From an uncultured delta proteobacterium (GTDB lineage Bacteria > Desulfobacterota > Binatia > UBA9968): a DNA stretch of 64,000 nucleotides. Each line of letters starts with the position of its first letter. Position 1 is the first letter of the stretch. Made by a program: the position numbers and the translations under genes. Below, in pieces: positions 50,513 through 60,138 of this stretch. The notes beneath the pieces were generated by a model. The model did not search any database, had not been told where the DNA came from, and worked only from the letters and a program-made list of their open reading frames with translations. Where the stretch lies: contig CAVWLW010000032.1 in assembly GCA_963755715.1 (NCBI GenBank), positions 22,564 to 86,563 on the forward strand, read 5' to 3'.

Positions 50513-51193
50513 CTATTTGATCATATCGATTTTGGTCAACGTCACTTGCTGCCCTACGCCGGGAGCATTGCCCAGATGATAAGCGGTATACTGCTCAAAA
50601 TAAGTATTTTCAGACGACATCCCGTCTACAGGGATAATAACTTGCAACCCCCGGAACGCAGCCTGACTGGCTGTATTGAGCACGGCACCGTGGGCAGCGG
50701 TTCCTACCACTACCACCGTCTTGATTCCCTTATCGTTTAGGATCTTTTCCAGATCGGTCTTAAAAAACTTATCGGCCGCCGATTTCACTATAGGTTCCCC
50801 CTCAAGCGGAGCCACGTCTTTGAGTATATCAGCCGGAGTGGCTGCCGTCGTGATGCTATGGACGACCAATACGCCTTTGTCTCTGGCGAGTTTCAACAAG
50901 GCTTGAACGTGAGGAACCGAAGTCAGACAACGCGGCCGCCTCTCGGTATTACAAGTCTGTTTTACAAAATCGAGAACCAGCAGGGCCGTCGTCTTAGGAT
51001 CGAGCGTTACAGTCTTCAATTCGGGAGGTTTTGGCGCCTGCACTTTGGACCAATCATCGACAATCGTTTGCGCAGATGCTGGAATGGCGCCTTGATAGAA
51101 AAAAAAACCAACCACTATTGTAAGCGCATAAAAAACCGAGGTGAGAATTGAATGGCTTTTCCGAAAAGATATTTTTGCCATAGGCTCCTCCAA
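50513..51193 (-). CDS. Isochorismatase-family (cysteine hydrolase) protein with signal peptide
   Basis: …ALLVLDFVKQTCN… and …VVVGTAAHGAVLNTASQAAFRGLQVIIPVDGMSS. Confidence 0.8.
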   Translation of the reverse strand: MEEPMAKISFRKSHSILTSVFYALTIVVGFFFYQGAIPASAQTIVDDWSKVQAPKPPELKTVTLDPKTTALLVLDFVKQTCNTERRPRCLTSVPHVQALLKLARDKGVLVVHSITTAATPADILKDVAPLEGEPIVKSAADKFFKTDLEKILNDKGIKTVVVVGTAAHGAVLNTASQAAFRGLQVIIPVDGMSSENTYFEQYTAYHLGNAPGVGQQVTLTKIDMIK

Positions 51194-51339
51194 ATCAATA
51201 AATTATCGCCTGAGAAGCTGCGCAACTTATAACACCTCCCCCAGGCCCTCGCAAAAGTTCTCGTAAGGCAGTTAAACAATCCTCCGCTAAAAGCCGAGGA
51301 ATTTAAACGTGGTCGGTTGGCAATCGACTATCTTGCTAT

Positions 51340-51450
51340 TTCGTTACTCCCGCCTTTTCGTCACCCCGGTGAAAACCAGGGTCCAGCCCATCCCCTAAGC
51401 CTGGGTACCGTTTCCCAATGGTATGAGGGACCCTCTCCGTCACTGAGCTG
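51340..51450. repeat. Structured palindromic element related to 13195-13290
   Basis: …CCCGGTGAAAACCAGGGTCC…GGGACCCTC… shares the cCGGTGAAAACC core and nested-hairpin architecture. Confidence 0.3.
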
Positions 51451-51612
51451 GCCAGAGTTTATCCGAGCGCCCTCGAAGGGGCTGCCATAAGCATAGCGTA
51501 ATTTGCCCTCGACCCAAGTACGCCCTGATCTTTGTTTTAAAGCTTTTGATTCGTGCATAACGTTCAAGCCGTTAAAAAAAATCCAACGGCGCATTTATCG
51601 CCGCGACTTTAC

Positions 51613-52683
51613 TCAGCGTCCGAGAAAAATTTGACCGAATTCCTTGCCGCTCTGATCGAGAATCGGCCCGATAAAGTCCACGTCGATCAGGAGATATTCC
51701 TTTTCAGCCAACTCGGCGAATCTTTGCTTGACGCCCTTGCGAGCGACGACGCGACCGAAGGTCGTGATCATGCTTTGGCCTTCTTCGGAAAGTGCCCAAT
51801 CGACAAACAGCGCGGCGGCGTAAGGATGGGGCGCGTGGCGCGCCAGCATGAGTTTGTTCGCCTGAGCAAAATAAGGATCGAGGATCATTTGATCGATCGG
51901 TGCGCCGCGAGCTTTCAAGTCCAGGACGGTGTGGCCTGAAAGCGCAATCGCTAAGGGCCTTTCGCCAGCAGCGATTAACTGGCTTTGCGCAGTACGGCCG
52001 CGGACCAGCCGCAAATCCTGTTTGGCGAGATTCCGCATGTACTGAAGTCCTTTATCTCGCCCCATCTGTTTAAGTAGCACCGCGAACCACTCGTAGGATT
52101 CGTCGTCGAGAAACATGTTGCTTTTCCACTTTGGCTGTAACAGATCGTCGTAGGTTTTCGGTGCGTCCGGGCGTTTGACGAGATTAGTATTGTAGCCGAG
52201 CACGATTGGAATCACGTACAGGGATGTAAAGTAGCCGTCCTTGTCCTTATTCGGGGTATTGAAGAACTGGCGCTGCGGCGATTGATAGGGATCGATGGCG
52301 CCGATTTTCTTGAGCGCCGATGCCTGCTCGGCAGAACCGTTGGTTACGTCGAACAAGTGATTTCCCGCATTCATCTCCGTTTGAATCTTAATCACCTGGC
52401 GGTTACCAGAGACGCGGTAGGGATTTACCTTTATGAACGGATAACGCTTTTGAAAGACGCGGATGAACGGGTCGATCTGCTGGGCTTGGAGAGAACTATA
52501 AAACGCTACTTCGCCTTCGGCTCGAGCCTTCTCGACTAGAGTTTTCTGCCGTTGTTCCGGCGCCAGATTGTTTAGCTTGGCCAGAACTTGACCAGCGGTT
52601 TCGGGTGGGGTGCCTGCAAACGTTGCGTTTGCTGCAAAAATTACCAGCAATAGGATAACAGCGCGGAAATTCCACCGCTTCAT
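51613..52683 (-). CDS. ABC transporter substrate-binding protein (family 1; iron/polyamine-type)
   Basis: Signal peptide and an SBP_bac_1-like fold. Confidence 0.65.
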   Translation of the reverse strand: MKRWNFRAVILLLVIFAANATFAGTPPETAGQVLAKLNNLAPEQRQKTLVEKARAEGEVAFYSSLQAQQIDPFIRVFQKRYPFIKVNPYRVSGNRQVIKIQTEMNAGNHLFDVTNGSAEQASALKKIGAIDPYQSPQRQFFNTPNKDKDGYFTSLYVIPIVLGYNTNLVKRPDAPKTYDDLLQPKWKSNMFLDDESYEWFAVLLKQMGRDKGLQYMRNLAKQDLRLVRGRTAQSQLIAAGERPLAIALSGHTVLDLKARGAPIDQMILDPYFAQANKLMLARHAPHPYAAALFVDWALSEEGQSMITTFGRVVARKGVKQRFAELAEKEYLLIDVDFIGPILDQSGKEFGQIFLGR

Positions 52684-52858
52684 TCGTCAAGCCTCGCTTA
52701 GAACGAATCGTGGTCTTCGGTTACCCGAATGACAGCGCGCTGTCAAGCAAGCTAAATATTTCACGCGCGCGAGCGGTCGTTTGTTGACAGCTATTTTGGT
52801 ATTCGATAGCGTCGCGTCACAATGCGTGGATAGCTTGCCACTTCCGCGTTAACTGATA

Positions 52859-53725
52859 TTGGAGGTGCCAGTGGAAGATCTCAAGCCGATTAAAAGCGGG
52901 AAAGTCAAAGTCGACGACGTCAATCTTTATTACGAATTATACGGCGAGGGCGATCCGCTGGTGCTTGTCGCCGGCACCGGTATCAGTCTCGCGCCTTGGC
53001 GCGTCTCTCAGGTGCCGGAGTTCGCCAAACACTATCAGGTTTTGATCTACGATCATCGCGGTTTGGGCCGGAGCGACAAGCCGGACATGCATTATACGAC
53101 TCGGCTGTTTGCCAAGGACTGCGTCGGTCTAATGGACGCGCTCGGCATCAAAAAGGCCCATATGATGGGACATTCGATGGGCGCGCGCGTGTGCCAATGG
53201 ATCGCATTGGATTACCCGGATAAGGTGCGTAGCCTGGTTCTTTCGGGGCCGGGCTCGGGAAAATATAGCGAGGAGCTCGAAGATTATCCGCGCGGCGTGC
53301 CGATGGACGCGGCTTTGGAAATGATCGAGAAGGGCTACGAAAAATATCAGAGCGATCACTGGGGCCCCGGTTTCATGTTCAGCGACAGTTTCGTCAAGGA
53401 GCACCCGGAGATCGTAAAAAAATATCAGGAGCTGATCGTCGACGAAGTGCCGCCGTTAAAATGTTATCTGCGCCACGTGGTGGCGCGCCAATGCCACGAA
53501 ACGACTCATTTAATTCACAAAATCAAAGCGCCGACCTTGGTCATCGTCGGCAGCAAGGACATTCACGAGGGCGGCACCGGGAGCCACGTCGAGTCGGCTA
53601 AGGTGCTGGCGGAAAAAATGCCCAATGCAGAGCTTGTGCTCATCGAGGGCGGCAGGCATGGTTATCTGCGCGAGATGCCGGACAAAGGCCATCCGCCGAT
53701 CCTCGATTTTCTTAGACGTCATTGA
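52859..53725 (+). CDS. Alpha/beta hydrolase
   Basis: GHSMGARV nucleophile elbow and …HRGLGRSD…. Confidence 0.8.
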   Translation: MEVPVEDLKPIKSGKVKVDDVNLYYELYGEGDPLVLVAGTGISLAPWRVSQVPEFAKHYQVLIYDHRGLGRSDKPDMHYTTRLFAKDCVGLMDALGIKKAHMMGHSMGARVCQWIALDYPDKVRSLVLSGPGSGKYSEELEDYPRGVPMDAALEMIEKGYEKYQSDHWGPGFMFSDSFVKEHPEIVKKYQELIVDEVPPLKCYLRHVVARQCHETTHLIHKIKAPTLVIVGSKDIHEGGTGSHVESAKVLAEKMPNAELVLIEGGRHGYLREMPDKGHPPILDFLRRH

Positions 53726-55269
53726 CGCGAGAGATGCCCATGTTCATCAAGCGAGATCTGTCGATCAGCCGGCGTGAATTTGCTCGCGCCGTGGTCGGCG
53801 CTGCGGCCGGTATCGCGGGGAGCAGCAAGCTGGGCTGGGCGGCGGCGCCACGCGACCGCATTGTCGTGGCGATGAGCGTCGGCATCGATAGCGTCAACCC
53901 TTATGCTCACAGCGATTCGCCTCTCTACGGCTTATGGGGCCATATCATGGAATCGCTGGTGGACACGGATTACGAGCGCAAGAATTTTTCGCCCGAGCTG
54001 GCGACGGCTTGGAGCCCCAAAGGCAATGAATGGACTTTCCAACTGCGCAAGGGCGTGACGTTTCACGACGGCTCGCCGTTTACGGCCAAGGATGTGGCCT
54101 ATTCCTACGAGCGTTTGGTTAAAGACAAACAGAGTCTCCAGGCGCCAAATCTGAGCGATATTAAAGAAGTCAAAGCGCCGGATGATTACACTTTGGTCAT
54201 CGTCACGCAGCGCCCTAAAGTTGCGCTGCTCGGCTTGCTCTACAATCGCGTGATCCTGAGCCAAAAGGCGGCCGAGCGTTTAGGCGAGAAGCTCGACGAT
54301 CAGGCGATCGGCACGGGTCCTTACCGTTTTGCCGGATGGCAGCGCGGCGCGCATTTCACCATGCGCCGGAACGATAAATATTGGGGCGCGCCGCCAAGCG
54401 TTCGTGAAATCGTCTGGCGGCCGGTCAAGGAAGACGCTGCCAGAATCGCGGCGATCGAATCGGGACAGGCGGATATCATCAATCAAGTGCCGGTTCACGA
54501 AATCGACCGGCTTAAACGCAATCCGCGAGTGCGTGTCGAGATGCTGCGCGGCTTGAGAGTGCTTTATATTGGTTTGAACCCGGCGCACAAACCGTTCGAC
54601 AACAAGCTGGTCCGCCAAGCTTTCAATTACGCGGTCGACCAGGAAGCGATTATCAAGCATGTGCACGAAAATCAGGTTTATGGCCTCAAAGGGTTATTGG
54701 GCCCGCAGATGCTCGGTTACGACGATCAACTGGAAAATTATCCGTACGATCCCGAGAAGGCAAAAAAACTGCTAGCCGAGGCTGGCTATCCGAACGGCCT
54801 CACCGTGGATTTCAACACTCATGCCGGCCGTTATCAGAAAGACCGTGAAACCGCCCAAGCGATCGCCAGCCAAATGGCCAAGGCGGGTATCAAGACCGAT
54901 ATCAAGGCGCCGGAATACGCGATCTACGAAGAAGAATTCAACAACGGCAAGTACGGCATGTACATGTTCGGCCGGGGCTCGATTACGGATCCGGAAGCTT
55001 TCTACATCCGTTATTTTCGCTCGGGGCGGGGCAAGCGGCTGTCGTATAAGAATCCTGACTTCGACCGGATTTTCGACCAGCAGAGCGAGACTTTCGATTC
55101 GGCCAAGCGGGAGGAAATGCTGCGCCAATTGGGCAAGATCTTGCACGAGGATTGCCCGGTCATTCCGCTTTACAACACGGCCGATGTCTATGCGGTGCGC
55201 CGAGAAGTCATCTGGAAGCCGCGGCCCGATGAGAAAATTCCCGTCATCAATGCCCGGTTCCAAAGCTAG
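53722..55269 (+). CDS. ABC transporter substrate-binding protein, family 5 (peptide/opine/nickel type), Tat signal
   Basis: …RREFARAVVGAAAGIAGS… Tat leader and an SBP_bac_5 core. Confidence 0.85.
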   Translation: MTREMPMFIKRDLSISRREFARAVVGAAAGIAGSSKLGWAAAPRDRIVVAMSVGIDSVNPYAHSDSPLYGLWGHIMESLVDTDYERKNFSPELATAWSPKGNEWTFQLRKGVTFHDGSPFTAKDVAYSYERLVKDKQSLQAPNLSDIKEVKAPDDYTLVIVTQRPKVALLGLLYNRVILSQKAAERLGEKLDDQAIGTGPYRFAGWQRGAHFTMRRNDKYWGAPPSVREIVWRPVKEDAARIAAIESGQADIINQVPVHEIDRLKRNPRVRVEMLRGLRVLYIGLNPAHKPFDNKLVRQAFNYAVDQEAIIKHVHENQVYGLKGLLGPQMLGYDDQLENYPYDPEKAKKLLAEAGYPNGLTVDFNTHAGRYQKDRETAQAIASQMAKAGIKTDIKAPEYAIYEEEFNNGKYGMYMFGRGSITDPEAFYIRYFRSGRGKRLSYKNPDFDRIFDQQSETFDSAKREEMLRQLGKILHEDCPVIPLYNTADVYAVRREVIWKPRPDEKIPVINARFQS

Positions 55270-55272
55270 CAC

Positions 55273-56571
55273 TTGGGGGAAAGAGTGGACAAGAAAGAAA
55301 TCATCGACAAGCAGAAGAAATATCTTTTTAGCTGCGTCGCGACTTACTATGACGAGCCGCTGGTCGTCGATCATGCCAAAGATCAATATGTCTATGACGC
55401 CGACGGCAAGGAATTCTTGGACTTTTTCGGCGGCATCCTGACCGTCAGCGTCGGCCATTGCAACGAGAAAGTAACTAAGGCGATCGACGAGCAGACCCAC
55501 AAAGTGCAGCACATGTCGACGCTCTACGCCAACGAGCCGCAGGTGCTTCTGGCGGAGAAGCTGGCGCAGATCACACCGGGACGGCTGGAAAAATCTTTTT
55601 TCACCAACAGCGGCACAGAGGCCAACGAGACGGCGGTCTTACTGGCACAGATTCACACCCAGTGCCAGGACGTCATCACGCTGCGCCACAGCTACAGCGG
55701 CCGTTCTTATCTCGCGTTGAGCCTCTCGGCGCAGTCGAGCTGGCGGCTGATGCCCAACGTCGTGCCCGGCGTGCATCACATCGCCAACGCTTACTGCTAT
55801 CGCTGCCCCTTCGGCTTGACTTATCCCAGTTGCGATTTGAAGTGCGCTAAAGACGCCGAAGAAGCGATTCAAACCATGACTTCGCAGGGACGAGTCGCTG
55901 CGTTTCTCGCCGAGCCGATTCAAGGCGTCGGCGGATTCATCGTGCCGCCCAAAGAATATTTCAAAGAGATCGTCGGCATCATTCGAAAATACGGCGGCCT
56001 GTTCATCTGCGACGAAGTGCAGACCGGCTGGGGCCGCACCGGCGGCAAGATGTTCGGTATCGAACACTGGGGCGTCGATCCCGACATCATGACTTTCGCC
56101 AAAGGCATGGCCAATGGCGTGCCCATCGGCGCGACCATCGCCACGCCGGAGGTCGCCGACAGCATGAAGGGCAACACGATTTCGACTTTCGGCGGCAATC
56201 CGGTCACTTGCACCGCGGCGCATGCGACGATCCAAGTGATCGAAGAGGAAAATCTCGTCGAAAACGCGCGCGTGCTCGGCAACCGTTTGCGCGACGGCTT
56301 AAACGCGTTGAAAGACAAATATCCGATCATCGGCGACGTGCGCGGCATGGGGCTGATGCAGGGCATGGAGTTGGTCGGCGAGCAAAAGAAACCCGACATT
56401 GAAAACACCAAACGAGTGATGGAATTGACCAAGAAGCATGGACTGTTGGTCGGCAAGGGCGGCACTTACGGCAATGTTTTGCGCGTCGCGCCGCCGCTCA
56501 ACACGAACAAGGATCAGATCGACCAGGCGCTGAAAGTTTTGGATCAGTCTTTCGGTCAGTTAGGTCAATGA
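55273..56571 (+). CDS. Class III pyridoxal-phosphate-dependent aminotransferase
   Basis: …FTNSGTEANE…DEVQTGWGRTG… AT-III signatures. Confidence 0.85.
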   Translation: MGERVDKKEIIDKQKKYLFSCVATYYDEPLVVDHAKDQYVYDADGKEFLDFFGGILTVSVGHCNEKVTKAIDEQTHKVQHMSTLYANEPQVLLAEKLAQITPGRLEKSFFTNSGTEANETAVLLAQIHTQCQDVITLRHSYSGRSYLALSLSAQSSWRLMPNVVPGVHHIANAYCYRCPFGLTYPSCDLKCAKDAEEAIQTMTSQGRVAAFLAEPIQGVGGFIVPPKEYFKEIVGIIRKYGGLFICDEVQTGWGRTGGKMFGIEHWGVDPDIMTFAKGMANGVPIGATIATPEVADSMKGNTISTFGGNPVTCTAAHATIQVIEEENLVENARVLGNRLRDGLNALKDKYPIIGDVRGMGLMQGMELVGEQKKPDIENTKRVMELTKKHGLLVGKGGTYGNVLRVAPPLNTNKDQIDQALKVLDQSFGQLGQ

Positions 56572-56643
56572 AGACGCTGCTCGGTCTCCGGTTATCATTA
56601 AAGTCATGATTGCAGCATTGCTCCTGATTAAACTGCCAACCGC

Positions 56644-57642
56644 ATGAACAAGCTTAGTCGCAGGATCATTGGCGCGATTCCGGTCCTCCTGGGTATCTCT
56701 TTTCTCATTTTCCTACTGATGCATATCGCGCCGGGCGATCCGGTGAGTCTCTTGCTCGGCGACGACGCCACGCCTGCGGATATCGAGCGGACGCGCCACG
56801 AATGGGGCTTGGATCGACCGCTGATCGTGCAGTATTGGGACTTTCTCACTCGGGCGGTGACCGGCGACTTCGGCAAGTCGCTCAAGTTCAACGAGCCGGT
56901 GACAAAATTGGTCAGCGAGCGCTTGCCGGCGACGCTTGAACTGGCGTTTGCCGCCTTGTGCGTCGCGATCCTGATCGCGGTGCCGCTCGGCGTTTATTCG
57001 GCGATCCGGCACAATTCGCTGCTCGATCACGCCGGCATGAGCGTCGCGCTCATCGGCGTCTCCTTGCCCAATTTTTGGCTCGGTATCATGTTGATATATT
57101 TTCTCGGCGGCCAGCTGAATTGGCTGCCGGTCGCCGGCCGCATCGAATACGGCATTGAAGTCAGATCCATCACCGGGCTCTATTTACTCGACAGTGTGCT
57201 GACCGGTAATTACGCCGCCTTTTGGAGTGCGTTGCAGCACTTGTTGATGCCGGCTTTCACCCTGGGATCGGCGCTGGCGGCGATCGTGACGCGCATCTCG
57301 CGCTCGAGCGTGCTCGAAGTCATGCGCCAGGATTACGTAACGACGGCGCGGGCCAAGGGCTTGAGCGAGTCGACGGTAATCTGGCGCCACATTCTGCGTA
57401 ACGCGCTGATCACGATCGTGACGATCCTCGGTCTTCAGTTGGGCGCATTGCTGAGCGGCTCGGTGATCACCGAAACGGTCTTTTCCTTTCCAGGCATCGG
57501 CGACCTGTTGATCCAGTCGATCTCGGCGCGGGACTATAAGCTCACCCAGGTATTGATTCTCATGTTTGCCGTCACCTATTTCGTCGTCAATCTATTGGTC
57601 GATCTGCTCTACAGTTGGATCGACCCGAGGATCAGGTTTTAA
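56644..57642 (+). CDS. ABC transporter permease (DppB/OppB-like)
   Basis: Six TM helices with the binding-protein-dependent transport signature. Confidence 0.9.
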   Translation: MNKLSRRIIGAIPVLLGISFLIFLLMHIAPGDPVSLLLGDDATPADIERTRHEWGLDRPLIVQYWDFLTRAVTGDFGKSLKFNEPVTKLVSERLPATLELAFAALCVAILIAVPLGVYSAIRHNSLLDHAGMSVALIGVSLPNFWLGIMLIYFLGGQLNWLPVAGRIEYGIEVRSITGLYLLDSVLTGNYAAFWSALQHLLMPAFTLGSALAAIVTRISRSSVLEVMRQDYVTTARAKGLSESTVIWRHILRNALITIVTILGLQLGALLSGSVITETVFSFPGIGDLLIQSISARDYKLTQVLILMFAVTYFVVNLLVDLLYSWIDPRIRF

Positions 57643-58481
57643 TGTTTTCGCTGCGCTATTTAAAAATCTGGGTGGGCGGCGCAATCTTGCTGTTGCTCTG
57701 CGTGTGCGGTCTGGCGGCGCCGTTGTTGGCGCCGCGCGATCCGCAGGCGCAGACCTTGGAGGATCGCCTGCGGCCGCCGCGCTGGACCGAAAACGGTTCG
57801 TCCGCCTACCTGCTTGGCACGGATAATCTCGGCCGAGATATGCTCAGTCGGATTATTTACGGCTCGCGGATTTCCCTGATGGTCGGCGCCGCCACCGTGA
57901 TCTTCGCCGGCTTTGTCGGCTGCACGCTCGGCGCAGTCGCGGGCTATTTCGGCCACACGACCGATGAAGTGGTCAGCAAAGTCTCGGAAATATTTCTTGC
58001 CTTTCCATTTTTGTTGATCGCGATCGCGATCATGGCATTCCTCGGCCAAGGAGTCGGCAATTTGATCATGGCGCTGATGCTCAGCCGATGGGTGCAATAC
58101 TGCCGCGTCGTGCGCGGCGAGGTGTTGTCAATCCGAGAGCGGGATTTCGTCACCGCCGCCAAAGCGTTGGGCGCCAAAGACTGGTATGTGCTCTTCCGCC
58201 ACGTGGTGCCGAATACGCTGGCCAGCGTGACGGTGATCGCGACCTTCGGCATGGCGATCGTTATCATCACCGAAGCGAGCCTGAGCTTTCTCGGGCTCGG
58301 CGTGCCGGTCCATATCCCGACTTGGGGGTCGATGCTGAGCGAGGGGCGAAGCTACATCAACCGCGCGCCGTGGCTCACAATATTTCCAGGGCTGGCGATT
58401 TTTATCACCGTATTCGGCATCAACCTATTGGGCGACGGCCTGCGCGATATTCTCGATCCGAAGTTGCGCCGGCAGAGGTAG
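57642..58481 (+). CDS. ABC transporter permease (DppC/OppC-like)
   Basis: TAATG overlap with the preceding permease and a DppC-type fold. Confidence 0.9.
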   Translation: MFSLRYLKIWVGGAILLLLCVCGLAAPLLAPRDPQAQTLEDRLRPPRWTENGSSAYLLGTDNLGRDMLSRIIYGSRISLMVGAATVIFAGFVGCTLGAVAGYFGHTTDEVVSKVSEIFLAFPFLLIAIAIMAFLGQGVGNLIMALMLSRWVQYCRVVRGEVLSIRERDFVTAAKALGAKDWYVLFRHVVPNTLASVTVIATFGMAIVIITEASLSFLGLGVPVHIPTWGSMLSEGRSYINRAPWLTIFPGLAIFITVFGINLLGDGLRDILDPKLRRQR

Positions 58482-58544
58482 TTGGACAACGGAGCGGATG
58501 CGGAGCGGAGAAATTCGATTGGATATTCGATATAGGAGATTTCT

Positions 58545-60077
58545 ATGGCAAAGAAGGTATTCAGTCGTAGACAATTTTTGATGCAGACGGCGGCCTTGGG
58601 TGTCGGCGCGGCCACGGCGCCGTTTTTTTTGCGCAACGGCTACGCCGCTTCGCGCGATCGGGTGACGATTTATCACAGCAGCGTCGCCGACTCGATTCAT
58701 CCTTACAATCACAGCTCGAGCCCGATTTACGGCGACTGGCAGCACGTCATGGAGCCGCTCATCGAGCTCGACTACAACAAAAAAGATTATGTCGGCGTGC
58801 TCGCCGACTCGTGGCAATTCCAGGGTAACAAATGGCTCTTCAAGCTCAAAAAGGGCATCAAGTTTCACAATGGCGCGCAGTTGACGTCGAAGGACGTGGC
58901 ATTTTCGATCGAGAAAATGCGCGATGAAAAAGGCGGCAGCTTGCAGGCGCCGAATTTCAAAGACGTCACCGAAGTTCAAACGCCCGACGACCTGACCGTG
59001 ATCTTCGTCACCAAACAACCGCTGGCGATTTTTCTGGATCGTTTGGAGAACCGATTTATTTTAAGCAAAGTCGCCGGCGATAAATTCGGCGACAAGCTTT
59101 ATGACAACCCGATCGGCACCGGCCCTTACAAATTCGTCAGCTATCAGCGCGGCGGCAACATGGTTTTCACGCGCAACGAGGAATATTGGGGCGGCAAAGC
59201 GGCGATCAAAGAAGTGATCTTTCGCAAAGTCACTGAAGACGCCGCTCGCTTGGCGGCGCTCGAGTCCGGTCAGGCGGATTTCATCAACAACGTGCCCGAT
59301 CACGAGGTCGCGCGCTTGCAAAAGCACCCGCGGGTGAGAATCGACAAGGTGGAAGGGCTGCGGATGTTTTTTCTCGCCTTCAACATGGCATTCAAGCCCT
59401 GGGACAACAAACTCGTGCGCCAGGCGGCGAATTATTCTGTCGATGCGCCGGCGATTGTGAAAAACATTTTTGACGGCATCGGCTATCCCTGTAATGGTCC
59501 GGTGGGCGCCAACGTGATCGGCGCCGATCCTAAGCTCAAGCGCTATCCCTACGATCCACAGAAGGCGAAGCAACTGCTGACTCAGGCCGGCTTTCCCAAC
59601 GGTTGCGACATCCAGCTCTATTATTCCGCCGGGCGCTACCCCAAAGACAAAGAAGTCTGTCAGGTCGTCGCGGCGCAGATGGTGAAAGGCGGATTTCGCG
59701 TCGAACTGATTTCTCAGGAGTGGGCGTTATTCTGGGACAAGCAGGGAGTCAACGGCGGCAAGCTGCCGTTCTATTACATCGGGCGCGGCTCCCTCACCGA
59801 CGCCGACACGCTCTATGATCAATATTTTCGCACCGGCACAACCAAACGCACGAATTATAGCAATCCGGAGCTCGACAAGGTCATAGAGGAGCAACAAAAA
59901 ACCGCGGATCAGAAAAAGCGCGTCGCCTTGTTGCAGCAAGCCGGCAAAACGATCATGGAGGAAGCGACTTTCATCCCGCTTTACAATCTCGCCGACATCT
60001 ACGGCGTGGCGCGAAACCTGATCTGGCAGACGCGGCCGGATGAAAAAGTTTTGGGTTGGGACATGAAAATAAAGTAA
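58545..60077 (+). CDS. Family-5 substrate-binding protein, paralog 2 (Tat signal)
   Basis: Paralog of 53722..55269. Confidence 0.85.
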   Translation: MAKKVFSRRQFLMQTAALGVGAATAPFFLRNGYAASRDRVTIYHSSVADSIHPYNHSSSPIYGDWQHVMEPLIELDYNKKDYVGVLADSWQFQGNKWLFKLKKGIKFHNGAQLTSKDVAFSIEKMRDEKGGSLQAPNFKDVTEVQTPDDLTVIFVTKQPLAIFLDRLENRFILSKVAGDKFGDKLYDNPIGTGPYKFVSYQRGGNMVFTRNEEYWGGKAAIKEVIFRKVTEDAARLAALESGQADFINNVPDHEVARLQKHPRVRIDKVEGLRMFFLAFNMAFKPWDNKLVRQAANYSVDAPAIVKNIFDGIGYPCNGPVGANVIGADPKLKRYPYDPQKAKQLLTQAGFPNGCDIQLYYSAGRYPKDKEVCQVVAAQMVKGGFRVELISQEWALFWDKQGVNGGKLPFYYIGRGSLTDADTLYDQYFRTGTTKRTNYSNPELDKVIEEQQKTADQKKRVALLQQAGKTIMEEATFIPLYNLADIYGVARNLIWQTRPDEKVLGWDMKIK

Positions 60078-60138
60078 GTCATCGATGGCCGCTTAGGCGC
60101 AGAAAACTTTTTTTGCGAATCTCGAAGGCTCGGGAGGC

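Noticed and set aside
51194-51612. Structured 5' region upstream of the isochorismatase gene considered as a riboswitch (B12/TPP)
   Set aside because: No B12-box or TPP CUGAGA/ACCUGAUC-type conserved cores. The sequence instead matches the palindromic repeat family.
54772-55512. 246-aa minus-strand ORF
   Set aside because: Antisense to the SBP and aminotransferase genes. Also rejected for the same antisense reason: 45975..46727, 22144..22695, 10639..11043 and 58425..59018.
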